A DNA stretch of 25,245 bases from a virus (taxonomy: Duplodnaviria > Caudoviricetes): the IMG/VR virus record IMGVR_UViG_3300044614_001158, positions 1 through 25,245 of that record, one strand, 5' to 3'. Below, piece by piece: positions 5,441 through 14,680 of this stretch. Each line of letters begins with the position of its first letter. Position 1 is the first letter of the stretch. A model generated the notes under the pieces. That model was not told the DNA's origin, ran no database searches, and saw nothing but the letters and a program-made list of their open reading frames with translations. A program made the translations under genes and the position numbers.

Positions 5441-7651
5441 ATGAGCAATTCAATTCTCGGACCATCCCCAGGAACACCGACCGCTGCACCTGTGCAGACT
5501 GCGATGATTCCGAATAGGGGTGGGCTGGTGAATATGCAGACGCCGGCAGATTTGAACAGGCTGGACCGCGACAGGGAAGAAAAAGCGCGGTTGGCGCGTG
5601 AGGCGAAACTACAGCCAGCGTATGACGAACTTGCGGCGTATGTGCGCAAACAATTCGACATCATGAAGCGCCACCGTGACGGTTCCCAGGGTTGGACAAC
5701 GCGCATGCTCGAAGCGCTGCGAATGTTCAACGGTGAGTATGAGCCTGAAAAACTCGCACGTATCAAACAGTTCGGTGGGTCTGAAGTCTACGCCCGCATC
5801 GTCGCTGCGAAGTGCCGCGGAGCGACCGCGCTGCTACGTGACATCTACCTAGGCGCGGACCAGCGGCCATGGGCCATTGCGCCCACGCCGAACCCGACTG
5901 TTCCAGACGACATGCGAGCAGCGGTTGACAACCTCATCGCCGCTGAACTCGCCACAGCGTCTATTGCTTCGCAGGTTGGCTTGCCAGACATGGAGACGGG
6001 ACAGCCGCTCGCCCCTCCGTCTGAGGAGGAAGTTGTCGCCCGCCGTACGGCGCTCGAAACCGCGCTTGAGCAGTCCACGCGCAAGAAGGCGATGGACGAA
6101 GCCAAAGAGGCGCAGCGGTATCTTGACGACCTCCTCGTAGAAGGCGGGTTCTATAAGGCGCTCTCTGACGCGCTCATGGACCTGTCCATGTTCCCGTTCG
6201 CCTACATCATCGGCCCGACAGTCCATATGTCGCCCTCGATCAAGTGGGTTCCTGGACCTGACGGCAAGATGAAGGTGGAGAAAGTCACCACGTCGCGCAT
6301 GTATTGGATGCGCGGCTCTCCGTTTGACCTCTGGTGGACACCGGGGGCGTCGAGCGTTGAGTCAGCAGATTTTGTCCACCGCCAGCGTAAGTCGCGCTCC
6401 GAGATCAACGCGCTTTTGGGGATCAAAGGGTTCAACGAAGACAATATCCGCAAGGTTCTGGACGAATACCAGAACGGGTATGTTGAGTCGCCGGATGCGA
6501 CGGATTCGACTCGCGCTCAGCAGGAGAGTCGGGAAGACCCGCAGATAAACGAGAGCGGGATGTTCGACTGTCTCACCTTCTACGGCTCCGTACACGGGCG
6601 CTTGCTGCGTCAGTTTGGGATGAGCGAGAAGGACATCCCAGACGAGACGCGGGATTATTCAGTCCAGCTTTACATGATTGGCAACTACGTTATCAAAGCG
6701 ATGCTCTCGCCGTCTCCGCGCGAGCGTCCGCCGATCTATATTACGAGCTACAACAAAGTCCCAGGCACCATGGTAGGGAACTCGCTGCCGGATGTGCTTG
6801 GGGACATTCAGGATGTGTGCAACGCCTCGCTGCGCGCCCTCGTGAACAACATGAGTATGGCGTCAGGGCCGCAGGTCGCCATCAACGAAGACCTCATCGC
6901 TGCCGGCGAGGACACGTCGCAGTTGTTCCCATGGCGGGTGTGGAGGTTCAACACACGCCCCGGCATGCCAGTGAACAGCACCCCGGTTTCGTTCTTCCAG
7001 CCGGCGTCGAACGCGCAGCAGCTTCTCGGCGTCTATGAGAAGTTCACCCAGATCGCAGATGAAACCAGCGCCATTCCGCGCTATGTTACTGGCTCTGAGC
7101 GTATGGGTGGGGCCGGGCGCACGGCGTCTGGCCTTGCGATGCTCATGGGCAACGCGAGCAAGATGTTGCAGACGGTGGCGAGCAACATTGACATTGATAT
7201 TTTCGAGCCGCTGCTTCAGTATCTCTATGACATCGTGATGTTGACCGATACGACAGGGCGACTCAAAGGTGATGAGAGAATCGTTGTCAAAGGGGTTACG
7301 GTTGCTATCCAGCGCGAAACCGAGCGTCAGCGGCAGCTTGAGTTTCTTCAGGCCACTGCGAACCCGGTGGATACGGGGATTCTCGGAATCCGCGGTCGTG
7401 GGGCGGTTCTACGAGCCGTCACCAACACTCTTGGGCTTGACGGCGAGTCCGTTGTCCCGAGCGACGAAGAACTCATCCAGCGCGAGAAAATGGCGCAAGC
7501 AGCCGCCATGGCGCAGTCCCAAGCACCGCAGGGAGCCCCGCAGGATGAAGCCGCTGCGCAAGCCCAGGGAAACCAGACGGGCGGCGAAGAAACAGGTCCA
7601 AGCGCGATTCAGGGGCCGCGCGTGAACCTGCAAGCACAAGCCCCGCAATGA
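5441..7651 (+). CDS. Portal protein
   Basis: About 736 aa and first gene of the head module. Portal-like segments GNSLPDVLGDIQDVCNASLRALVNNMSMASGPQ and RTASGLAMLM; Q/A-rich tail. Confidence 0.88.
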   Translation: MSNSILGPSPGTPTAAPVQTAMIPNRGGLVNMQTPADLNRLDRDREEKARLAREAKLQPAYDELAAYVRKQFDIMKRHRDGSQGWTTRMLEALRMFNGEYEPEKLARIKQFGGSEVYARIVAAKCRGATALLRDIYLGADQRPWAIAPTPNPTVPDDMRAAVDNLIAAELATASIASQVGLPDMETGQPLAPPSEEEVVARRTALETALEQSTRKKAMDEAKEAQRYLDDLLVEGGFYKALSDALMDLSMFPFAYIIGPTVHMSPSIKWVPGPDGKMKVEKVTTSRMYWMRGSPFDLWWTPGASSVESADFVHRQRKSRSEINALLGIKGFNEDNIRKVLDEYQNGYVESPDATDSTRAQQESREDPQINESGMFDCLTFYGSVHGRLLRQFGMSEKDIPDETRDYSVQLYMIGNYVIKAMLSPSPRERPPIYITSYNKVPGTMVGNSLPDVLGDIQDVCNASLRALVNNMSMASGPQVAINEDLIAAGEDTSQLFPWRVWRFNTRPGMPVNSTPVSFFQPASNAQQLLGVYEKFTQIADETSAIPRYVTGSERMGGAGRTASGLAMLMGNASKMLQTVASNIDIDIFEPLLQYLYDIVMLTDTTGRLKGDERIVVKGVTVAIQRETERQRQLEFLQATANPVDTGILGIRGRGAVLRAVTNTLGLDGESVVPSDEELIQREKMAQAAAMAQSQAPQGAPQDEAAAQAQGNQTGGEETGPSAIQGPRVNLQAQAPQ

Positions 7652-7659
7652 GGTCCAAT

Positions 7660-7842
7660 ATGATGAAGGGTATGAGTGGTAAGGGTAAAATGGGCGCGGC
7701 CAAAAATTCCAAGGTCGTGTCTAAGGGCAAACTGCCGGGTATCGCCAAGGGCGGCGGCTCCAGCATGAACCCGATGGGTGGCACGATGACGACCGGCGCC
7801 GCTGTTCCGAAGGTGCGCAACCGTATGCCGAAGGCGTACTAA
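7660..7842 (+). CDS. Small Met/Lys/Gly-rich basic protein
   Basis: GAGGT RBS; fills the gap after the portal gene. Confidence 0.6.
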   Translation: MMKGMSGKGKMGAAKNSKVVSKGKLPGIAKGGGSSMNPMGGTMTTGAAVPKVRNRMPKAY

Positions 7843-7847
7843 GCGCC

Positions 7848-8129
7848 ATGCAAGAAGCCCCCGCGAGCCCGGTGGCGCTTGAAACTGCATTTCAAGCGAT
7901 TCGCCGGGCTTCATCCCACAGCTTTGAGGCGCTGTATAAGTGTCTCACGGATTCGGAATCGAGGTTAGTGACCTCGATAGCCGATGCTTCCGATTGTCCG
8001 CACTCCACATATAAACTGATCGGCCAGCTTGCGGCTGTGCGGAATATTCGTGAATCCATGGCGAATTGTGACGCACGAATTGACGAATACAACCGCCGTG
8101 TCTCCACGAAACAAAAAGGAGTTTATTGA
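7848..8129 (+). CDS. Hypothetical head-module protein, 93 aa
   Basis: Lies between portal and scaffold; TGATG coupling to the next gene. Confidence 0.65.
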   Translation: MQEAPASPVALETAFQAIRRASSHSFEALYKCLTDSESRLVTSIADASDCPHSTYKLIGQLAAVRNIRESMANCDARIDEYNRRVSTKQKGVY

Positions 8130-9226
8130 TGAGCGAATCGAACATTCCAGAATCAGTCAGGGCTCGCGCCGCCGCCGCTGACGATTTGATCAAGACGCTT
8201 TCTGCTTCCGCTTCCGCTACAGGGGGTACTACGGAAGCGGACTCGCAGCCGGTTGTTGATACGGCTGTGACGGAAACGGAGGGCGTTGGGATGCAGCCCA
8301 CGCCTGTACAGGCACCGCCCTCCGTTGACGCTGTTCAGCCCGCGCCGAACGCGGAGCTTGAGGCGCTTCGCCAGCAGCTTGCCAAGGCGGAAAACGACCT
8401 CCGCACATGGCGCGGGCGATATGACGCCGAACTGCCGAGGGAGCGCGACGCCAGGATTCGACTCGAAGCCGAGATCGAGTCCTTGCGGGCGAGGATCACC
8501 GAGGCCCCTGCTCAGGAGTACGACACGCCGGAGTACAAGACCCCAACAAAGGACGAGTTGGAGAATTACGGGCAGGATATGTTCGATATTGCCAAGCGCT
8601 ACATCATGGCCGATGTCACCAAGGCTCTAGCGGCGCTTGAAACCCGACTCCTGAACAAGTTGGAATCGGTGAACACCGCTGTTGGTACAACGAAGAACCA
8701 AGTCGCGCAGACCGCGAAAGAGCGGTTTTTGGAGCGCCTTGGGGAGGCGGTTAAAGACTGGCAGAAGATTGATTCTTCGCAGGAGTTCAACGCATGGTTG
8801 GATGAGTTCGACCCGCTCTACAACCTGCCGCGTAGAAATGCGCTTGACATGGCGGTGCAGAGTCTTAATGATGTCCACACAGCGCGCATCTTTACCGCGT
8901 TCCTGAGCCAGCAGGGCGTGGGGGAGTCGCAAAGTGCAAAGGCGTCGGGTGCGGCGCCGGCTTCCGGTACGGAGCCTCCCGAGGCTACCGCCCAGCAGCC
9001 GACAACCGGCCCAACGCTTGAGGACTTCGCCGCTCCTGGGAAGCCATCGCCCTCGCAGACGCCGGAACCGGCCAAGCCTGGGGCAAAAGTCTGGACAGTT
9101 GCGGAAATCCAATCCTTCTATCGCGAAGTGTCGCGTGGAGCGTATCGGAGCCGTCCAGAAGACAAGGACCGCATCGAGCGTGACATTGCTGAAGCTCAAC
9201 GCGAAGGTAGGGTGAAGGCCGCATGA
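8129..9226 (+). CDS. Capsid scaffolding protein
   Basis: Acidic, coiled-coil and P/A-rich, with a charged helical C-terminus; immediately precedes the capsid gene. Confidence 0.75.
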   Translation: MSESNIPESVRARAAAADDLIKTLSASASATGGTTEADSQPVVDTAVTETEGVGMQPTPVQAPPSVDAVQPAPNAELEALRQQLAKAENDLRTWRGRYDAELPRERDARIRLEAEIESLRARITEAPAQEYDTPEYKTPTKDELENYGQDMFDIAKRYIMADVTKALAALETRLLNKLESVNTAVGTTKNQVAQTAKERFLERLGEAVKDWQKIDSSQEFNAWLDEFDPLYNLPRRNALDMAVQSLNDVHTARIFTAFLSQQGVGESQSAKASGAAPASGTEPPEATAQQPTTGPTLEDFAAPGKPSPSQTPEPAKPGAKVWTVAEIQSFYREVSRGAYRSRPEDKDRIERDIAEAQREGRVKAA

Positions 9227-9288
9227 TCCCTTTCATCATCTGATCCGACAGCCGCGATAGGCTGTTGGGTTGCCAACAGGAGGCAGTA

Positions 9289-10269
9289 ATGTCTTTCCCT
9301 ATCGCGGCATCGCCGTTTTCTGGGTCGAACCCGAACCCCGCCTATACGACCAATTTCATCCCTGAAATTTGGTCTACGAAGCTCATCGAGAAGTTCTATG
9401 ACGCGACGGTTCTCGCCGCGATCTCGAACACTGACTACGAAGGCGAGATCAAGAACCATGGTGACAAAATCATCATGCGTACTCGCCCGACGATCACGAT
9501 TCGTAACTACGAATCGAATCAGGAACTCGTGGTTGATCGTCCGTCCTCTCCGACGCTCGAAATGCTCATCGACCAGGGCAAGTACTTCAACCTGCACCTT
9601 GACGATGTGATGAAGATTCAGTCCGACATTGATCAAATGAATCAGTGGTCGGCTGACGCTTCTGAGCAAATGAAGATCGTGATCGACACCGACTGCTTGC
9701 TGCAACTGGTGAACCAAGCTACGGCTCGCAACCGCGGCACGGGCGCCGGGCGCATCTCGCAGAACATCAACCTCGGGGTTGCCGGTACGCCGGTCACTCT
9801 GTCTCGTACGAACATCATCGACTACATCATCCTGATGGGTCAGGTGCTTGACGAGCAGAACATTCCCGAGAACGGTCGTTGGATCGTGATCCCGGCTTGG
9901 GCTGCGTCGCTGCTCAAGCGCTCCGATCTGCGCGATGCGTCTCTGACCGGCGACGGCACCTCCGTTGCTCGTAACGGGCGTCTGGGTATGATCGACCGCT
10001 TCACGCTGTATAACTCCAACCTGCTGCCGACCTCTGCGACGGATGGCGTGGGTGGTAACGACACGGACGGTGCGACCTACATCTACGCCGGCCACAAGAA
10101 CGCCTTCACATTCGCGTCTCAGATGACGCAAATGGAAGTGATGCGTTCTGAGCGCACGTTCGGCAACCTGATGCGCGGCCTTCAGGTCTATGGCCGTAAG
10201 GTCATCGACCCGACCGCGTACGCCCAACTGTACGCGAAGCCTGACGCTTCCGCTGGTACGCCTACCTAA
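9289..10269 (+). CDS. Major capsid protein (HK97 fold, P22-coat-like podovirus type)
   Basis: AGGAGG RBS; FIPEIWSTKLIEKFY...NTDYEGEI N-terminus and RGLQVYGRKV C-terminus; strong codon bias; terminator follows. Confidence 0.92.
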   Translation: MSFPIAASPFSGSNPNPAYTTNFIPEIWSTKLIEKFYDATVLAAISNTDYEGEIKNHGDKIIMRTRPTITIRNYESNQELVVDRPSSPTLEMLIDQGKYFNLHLDDVMKIQSDIDQMNQWSADASEQMKIVIDTDCLLQLVNQATARNRGTGAGRISQNINLGVAGTPVTLSRTNIIDYIILMGQVLDEQNIPENGRWIVIPAWAASLLKRSDLRDASLTGDGTSVARNGRLGMIDRFTLYNSNLLPTSATDGVGGNDTDGATYIYAGHKNAFTFASQMTQMEVMRSERTFGNLMRGLQVYGRKVIDPTAYAQLYAKPDASAGTPT

Positions 10270-10282
10270 TATGGCGAAACTG

Positions 10283-10313
10283 GTAGCCCGCCAAACGGCG
10301 GGCTACTTCCTTT
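10283..10313 (+). terminator. Terminator after the capsid gene, probably leaky
   Basis: GTAGCCCGCC-AAAC-GGCGGGCTAC followed by the interrupted tract TTCCTTT. Confidence 0.75.
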
Positions 10314-10324
10314 AGGGGGACGAG

Positions 10325-10678
10325 ATGGCGCGTACTGTTGAAAACGTGATCCGCGCAGCCAGAGTGATCATACAGGACGAACGCGAGCCATATCGCGTGT
10401 CAAATGATCAAATGGCGATGTACGTCACCGAAGCGATCTCTGAAGCGCGCAGGCTGCGTCCAGATTTGTTTTTGACGACGCTTCGCGATTCTATCCCTCT
10501 CTACACCTCGGCAAATATGGCGACTGTGATCCCGTTGCCGGATATGGTGTTCCCGCAAGTGGTGAATTACGTCGCTGGACGCACTGATCTGCGTGAAGAT
10601 ACGTTCTCGCAGGATGGCCGGGCCGTCGTCCTCATGCAGGCGTTTGGCGTTGCTATGGTGGGAGGTAAGGCGCAATGA
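10325..10678 (+). CDS. Putative head-tail adaptor / completion protein
   Basis: Synteny; helical MYVTEAISEARRLRPD motif. Confidence 0.6.
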   Translation: MARTVENVIRAARVIIQDEREPYRVSNDQMAMYVTEAISEARRLRPDLFLTTLRDSIPLYTSANMATVIPLPDMVFPQVVNYVAGRTDLREDTFSQDGRAVVLMQAFGVAMVGGKAQ

Positions 10679-11298
10679 GCGAGACTCTTGGCCTTTTGGA
10701 GTCTATTCGCCAAGCGGCGATGCTGCGCCTTAGCGGCGCTACTCCTGACGCCGTTGACCTTGAGTCTCGGTGGGTTGTTTCTGATTTTCTCGCACGCTCG
10801 CGAATTTGGAGGCGCACGGTTGCGCTGACCCCCAGCGTTGGCGTTGAAACTTACGCGCTTGGGCTCACGAATAGCGAGTCTGCTGTGCTTCTTCTTGGGG
10901 CCACATATAAAGACCGCGTGTTGCTGCTTGCTGCAAAGCCGCTCATGACGACGCAGGACGGCTTGCCCGCGTCAGCAATGCTCGTGGACGACCGGACAGT
11001 GGGGGTCTATCCAGCACCTACGGCGGATGTCACCGACCCCATTGAAGTTGAGGTTGCGCTGACTCTGCTCCCAATGACAGAATCAGCCCTCCCGGCCATC
11101 GTACGCCCGTACCATGACGCGCTGCTCCATGGTGTGCTTGCGCGCATGTACCGCGTGCCGGATAAGCCCTACACCAATCAGCGCATCGCGCCTGAACATC
11201 AGTGGTACTATGACCGTGGGGTGTTCAACGCGAGGCGCGTAGTTGATGGTGGGCGCGGGCTTAATGCGATGTTTGCTCAGTTCGCACCGTTTGCGTGA
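10675..11298 (+). CDS. Putative tail adaptor (tail tubular A-like)
   Basis: ATGA overlap; VYPAP and DALLHGVLARMY..PDKPYTN motifs. Confidence 0.6.
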   Translation: MSETLGLLESIRQAAMLRLSGATPDAVDLESRWVVSDFLARSRIWRRTVALTPSVGVETYALGLTNSESAVLLLGATYKDRVLLLAAKPLMTTQDGLPASAMLVDDRTVGVYPAPTADVTDPIEVEVALTLLPMTESALPAIVRPYHDALLHGVLARMYRVPDKPYTNQRIAPEHQWYYDRGVFNARRVVDGGRGLNAMFAQFAPFA

Positions 11299-11305
11299 GG
11301 GATAA

Positions 11306-12397
11306 ATGCCAGTCATCTTCAAAAACAACGCCGCGTCCACTTTAGGGCTACAGGCGCAGTTGTCTGACTCGACCATTACGGTCGCCAACGGCACTGGGAA
11401 TCGTTTTCCCGCCCCTGTTAGCGGCGAGTGGTTTTACGCCACGATCCAATCAGGCGTGAATTGGGAAATTGTGAAATGCACATCCCGTGCTGGCGATGTG
11501 TTGATGGTTGATCGAGCGCAAGACGGCAGTTTGGCCCGGTTGTGGGGTGTTGGCGCGTCCATTGATATGCGGATTCCGAATATAGTTTTGGAGTCCTTTT
11601 TACAGTCCTCAGACGCGTCCGAAGTTGGTTTGGCTCTTTTCGGCGCCGCAGACGAATCAGCCGCGCGTGTAGCGATTGGCGCTACAGCAACGGGTGAAGC
11701 GCTCATTACAGCGGCAAACGCCGCCGCGGCGCGCGGTGCCATTAGCGCCGCGGCGGCTGATAGAGGTACGCCAGTTGGTGTCGTGATGGCTTACGCCGGA
11801 TCGACAGCGCCGGCAGGATGGCTTTTGTGCGCTGGTCAATCAGTAAGCAGGGCGACATACGCAGACTTGTTCGGGATTCTGCAAACGACTTACGGTTCTG
11901 TTGACGGAAACTCGTTCAACCTACCAGACCTTCGCGGGCGTTCCGTTTTCGGTAAGGACAATATGGGAGGAACCGCAGCGGGGCGTATTACTAACGCGGT
12001 GTCCGGTGTTGATGGTTTGGTGGTTGGCGCGGCGGGCGGCTCTCAGTCGTCTGGTAACACCACACTGACCGTAGACCAGATGCCGAGCCATACGCACAGC
12101 GGTACAGCTTCTTCGGGCGGCGACCACTCTCACTGGACATGGAACGGTGATCAGGTTGGCCCCGGCAACAATCTAGATAATGGCGGTCGTAGGTATCCAG
12201 TTCGCTCGCTCGCTGGCGGCGGTTTTGACGAAAAATACGTCATTCAAGGTAACGGAACTCCGCCGTCAATCGGTGAGTCTAGCGTAAGCGGCGCGCACAG
12301 CCACACAGTAAATATAAACGCTATTGGTGGCGGTCAGCCGCACAACCACACGGCTATGCCGCCTACCATGATCCTTAACTACATCATCAAAACCTGA
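11306..12397 (+). CDS. Tail fibre with phage tail-collar domain and HxH motifs
   Basis: Collar signature PVGVVMAYAGSTAPAGWLLCAGQSVSRATYADLF...FNLPDLRGR; C-terminal PPTMILNYIIK; four HxH motifs. Confidence 0.88.
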   Translation: MPVIFKNNAASTLGLQAQLSDSTITVANGTGNRFPAPVSGEWFYATIQSGVNWEIVKCTSRAGDVLMVDRAQDGSLARLWGVGASIDMRIPNIVLESFLQSSDASEVGLALFGAADESAARVAIGATATGEALITAANAAAARGAISAAAADRGTPVGVVMAYAGSTAPAGWLLCAGQSVSRATYADLFGILQTTYGSVDGNSFNLPDLRGRSVFGKDNMGGTAAGRITNAVSGVDGLVVGAAGGSQSSGNTTLTVDQMPSHTHSGTASSGGDHSHWTWNGDQVGPGNNLDNGGRRYPVRSLAGGGFDEKYVIQGNGTPPSIGESSVSGAHSHTVNINAIGGGQPHNHTAMPPTMILNYIIKT

Positions 12398-12410
12398 AAG
12401 GAATTTTCAG

Positions 12411-12821
12411 ATGGCTTCTCGTTCTCAACGCGCCGTTCGTTTCCGTGAGGGTTACGACGGAGCGGGTGTTACCGCGTACCAGCGCGGCGAGCGCTCCCTT
12501 CGCACAAACATCTACCAACGCACTGAGGCGCTGAAGGTTGGTGGTAAGCCTCCGCCTGCAAACACGGTCGCGCCCGCCGTTACTGGCACCGCCACAGTCG
12601 GGCAGACCCTCACCACGACCAACGGCACATGGACTGGCGTTGCGACGCCGACCTACGCGCGGCAGTGGTTCCGTGGGAACCATCCAATCGCTGGCGCCAC
12701 AGCCTTGACCTATGTGCTGCAAGCCGCAGACCAGGGTTATCACGTCTTCTGCCGCGTGACGGCGACTGACGCGAATGGGTCAGCCGTGGCGCCCTCCAAT
12801 CTACGTGGTCCTATCGCGTAA
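12411..12821 (+). CDS. Ig-like domain virion surface protein
   Basis: PANTVAPAVTGTATVGQTLT...YARQWFR...TYVLQAADQG...CRVTAT pattern. Confidence 0.75.
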   Translation: MASRSQRAVRFREGYDGAGVTAYQRGERSLRTNIYQRTEALKVGGKPPPANTVAPAVTGTATVGQTLTTTNGTWTGVATPTYARQWFRGNHPIAGATALTYVLQAADQGYHVFCRVTATDANGSAVAPSNLRGPIA

Positions 12822-12857
12822 GACTCTATCGAGAACCAAGAGTCATAGGAGGAAATA

Positions 12858-13160
12858 ATGGAGCAACCCCGTACGGAATCTTGGCACCTAGACAAAAAAG
12901 TGCCTCTCGCGCTAATTCTTACTATGGCGGTGCAAACCGTTTGCGTGATCTGGTGGGCCGCTTCGCTTTCGACGCGGGTGGACCACCAAGAGCGCCAGAT
13001 TGCGGGTTTGGTGTTGTCAGAGCAGCAGACCAAGCAGGAAGCGCGTCGGATCGGGGAGTGGTTATCGCGCGTGGACGAGCGTATCGCAGCCCAAACCGAA
13101 ATGCTGCGGCGCCTGGAAGCGACGCTGACCAGAACACAGCCGAGCCAAGGAGGCAGGTGA
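12858..13160 (+). CDS. Holin-like single-TM / coiled-coil protein
   Basis: AGGAGG RBS; TM segment VPLALILTMAVQTVCVIWWA; directly upstream of the endolysin. Confidence 0.55.
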   Translation: MEQPRTESWHLDKKVPLALILTMAVQTVCVIWWAASLSTRVDHQERQIAGLVLSEQQTKQEARRIGEWLSRVDERIAAQTEMLRRLEATLTRTQPSQGGR

Positions 13161-13161
13161 T

Positions 13162-13806
13162 ATGAAAGCCAAGCAGACTCGTGGGTATAGAAACCACAAC
13201 CCAGGCAACATTGACTGGAACCCCAAAAATAAGTGGCAAGGGCAGAACGGGATCGAGTTGACCGGCTCGCCGCCGCGTTTCGCCACTTTCCAGAGCCCCG
13301 AATACGGCATCCGCGCAATGGCGCTGCTGCTGACGACTTATCAGGACAGGCATAATCGCCGCACCATTCGGGCGATCATCACACGCTGGGCGCCGGGCAA
13401 CGAGAACAACACCGATGCCTATGTATCAGCGGTGGCCCGTGCGATGGGGGTGCCGAGCGAGAGCCACATTCTTGACATGCACGATTACGCCGATCTGCGT
13501 CCGTTGATCGAGGCAATCATCACGCATGAACTGGGTGGCCAGCCATACCCCGCGTCTGTCATTGACGAGGGACTTCGCCTTGCCGGCGTGCCGAAGCCAG
13601 TAACGACGAGCGGGCAAGCCGCGCGCACGCAGACAGGCAAGGGAGCGATCACTGTCGCTGCTGCGGCTTCTGCGGCGGCTACGGCGGCTCCCGCGCTGCA
13701 AAGCCTCGGTTCACTGCCGCAATGGGTGGGTGTGGCGCTTGTCCTGGCTGTGGCCGCGGTTGCGGTGGCCTACGTCCTCTCTAAGCGAAAGAGGAACCAA
13801 AAGTGA
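13162..13806 (+). CDS. Putative endolysin (lysozyme-like RNxNPGNI family) with C-terminal membrane anchor
   Basis: RGYRNHNPGNI, YGIRA, IITRWAP..ENNT..Y and HE motifs; C-terminal hydrophobic helices. Confidence 0.75.
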   Translation: MKAKQTRGYRNHNPGNIDWNPKNKWQGQNGIELTGSPPRFATFQSPEYGIRAMALLLTTYQDRHNRRTIRAIITRWAPGNENNTDAYVSAVARAMGVPSESHILDMHDYADLRPLIEAIITHELGGQPYPASVIDEGLRLAGVPKPVTTSGQAARTQTGKGAITVAAAASAAATAAPALQSLGSLPQWVGVALVLAVAAVAVAYVLSKRKRNQK

Positions 13807-14045
13807 GCGTGTTCATGGCCCTTGTCGGCGCCCGCGTGGCGAAATACATGGCGGCTGTGGGTGCTGTGCTTGGGTTGATCTTCGCTGTATGGGCCAAGGG
13901 CCGCAGCGACGGTTCAACCGCCGCGCGTACGCGGTCCACACAGAACGAATTAAAGGCAGCGAAGGAGCGAGCCGATGCGGATTCTAGGGCTGGTCGCGAG
14001 TCTGATCCTGCTGAGCGGTTGCGCCGAGACTGGTCGCGGAAATGA
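13803..14045 (+). CDS. i-spanin (Rz-like)
   Basis: N-terminal TM followed by a charged helix; overlaps the endolysin stop. Confidence 0.65.
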   Translation: MSVFMALVGARVAKYMAAVGAVLGLIFAVWAKGRSDGSTAARTRSTQNELKAAKERADADSRAGRESDPAERLRRDWSRK

Positions 14046-14157
14046 ATGTGTTGCATGGCGACCGATTTTGGTCCATGGTGACGACCATCTGACGGTAGAG
14101 ACTGCGAGAGTTATATTGGCGCACAATTTGACTGGTCGTAGACTCTGCGGTTGGTGA
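13975..14157 (+). CDS. o-spanin (Rz1-like) lipoprotein
   Basis: Signal peptide with lipobox LSGC; overlaps the 3' end of the i-spanin in another frame. Confidence 0.72.
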   Translation: MRILGLVASLILLSGCAETGRGNECVAWRPILVHGDDHLTVETARVILAHNLTGRRLCGW

Positions 14158-14171
14158 AAGGGCCAAACCCG

Positions 14172-14333
14172 ATGGCAAAACCCCCTCTTGGTTCTGGTGA
14201 GCGGTTCAAGCAGTTGACCGCGAAACTCTCGCGCAAAGGGGTCGAAGACCCCAAAGCACTCGCAGCGTCCATTGGCCGGCAGAAGTACGGCAAGAAGCGC
14301 TTCCAAGAACTCGCAGCGAAAGGAAAGAAGTGA
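14172..14333 (+). CDS. Small Lys-rich protein, 53 aa
   Basis: MAKPPLGSGERFKQL...IGRQKYGKKRFQ; TGATG coupling to the next gene. Confidence 0.7.
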   Translation: MAKPPLGSGERFKQLTAKLSRKGVEDPKALAASIGRQKYGKKRFQELAAKGKK

Positions 14334-14419
14334 TGGCGAAGAAACCGATGAAGCCCTGCAAAGGGTGCCCGACTCCGGCCAAGTGCGCGAAAGCCGGGAA
14401 GTGTTTGGGGTCTAAGTGA
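14333..14419 (+). CDS. 28-aa Lys-rich four-Cys peptide, absent from the ORF track
   Basis: MAKKPMKPCKGCPTPAKCAKAGKCLGSK, with TGATG overlaps at both ends. Confidence 0.65.
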   Translation: MAKKPMKPCKGCPTPAKCAKAGKCLGSK

Positions 14420-14670
14420 TGGCGAAGACGCCGGCATGGACTCGCAAGGAAGGGAAGAATCCGGCTGGCGGGCTCAACGCCAAAGGCCGGGCGTCCTACA
14501 ACCGCGCGAACCCTGGTAAGCCTGGGCTGAAGCCACCCCAACCCGAAGGCGGGCCGAGGCGGGATAGCTATTGCGCTAGGTCTGATGGCCAGCGCAAAAT
14601 GCACAACATCAGTTGTTCCGAAACGCCGAATAAACCTATATGCAAAGCGCGACGGGTATGGAAGTGTTAA
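14419..14670 (+). CDS. Small basic protein, 83 aa
   Basis: AWTRKEGKNPAGGLNAKGRASY...SYCAR...WKC, a pattern I recognise from aquatic phages; coupled start. Confidence 0.75.
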   Translation: MAKTPAWTRKEGKNPAGGLNAKGRASYNRANPGKPGLKPPQPEGGPRRDSYCARSDGQRKMHNISCSETPNKPICKARRVWKC

Positions 14671-14680
14671 GGAGTCGATT

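Noticed and set aside
9196-10227. 343-aa ORF antisense to the capsid gene
   Set aside because: Shadow frame caused by strong codon bias; no RBS or motif.
10255-10325. Capsid frameshift or read-through extension
   Set aside because: No slippery heptamer before the TAA, and a terminator hairpin follows.
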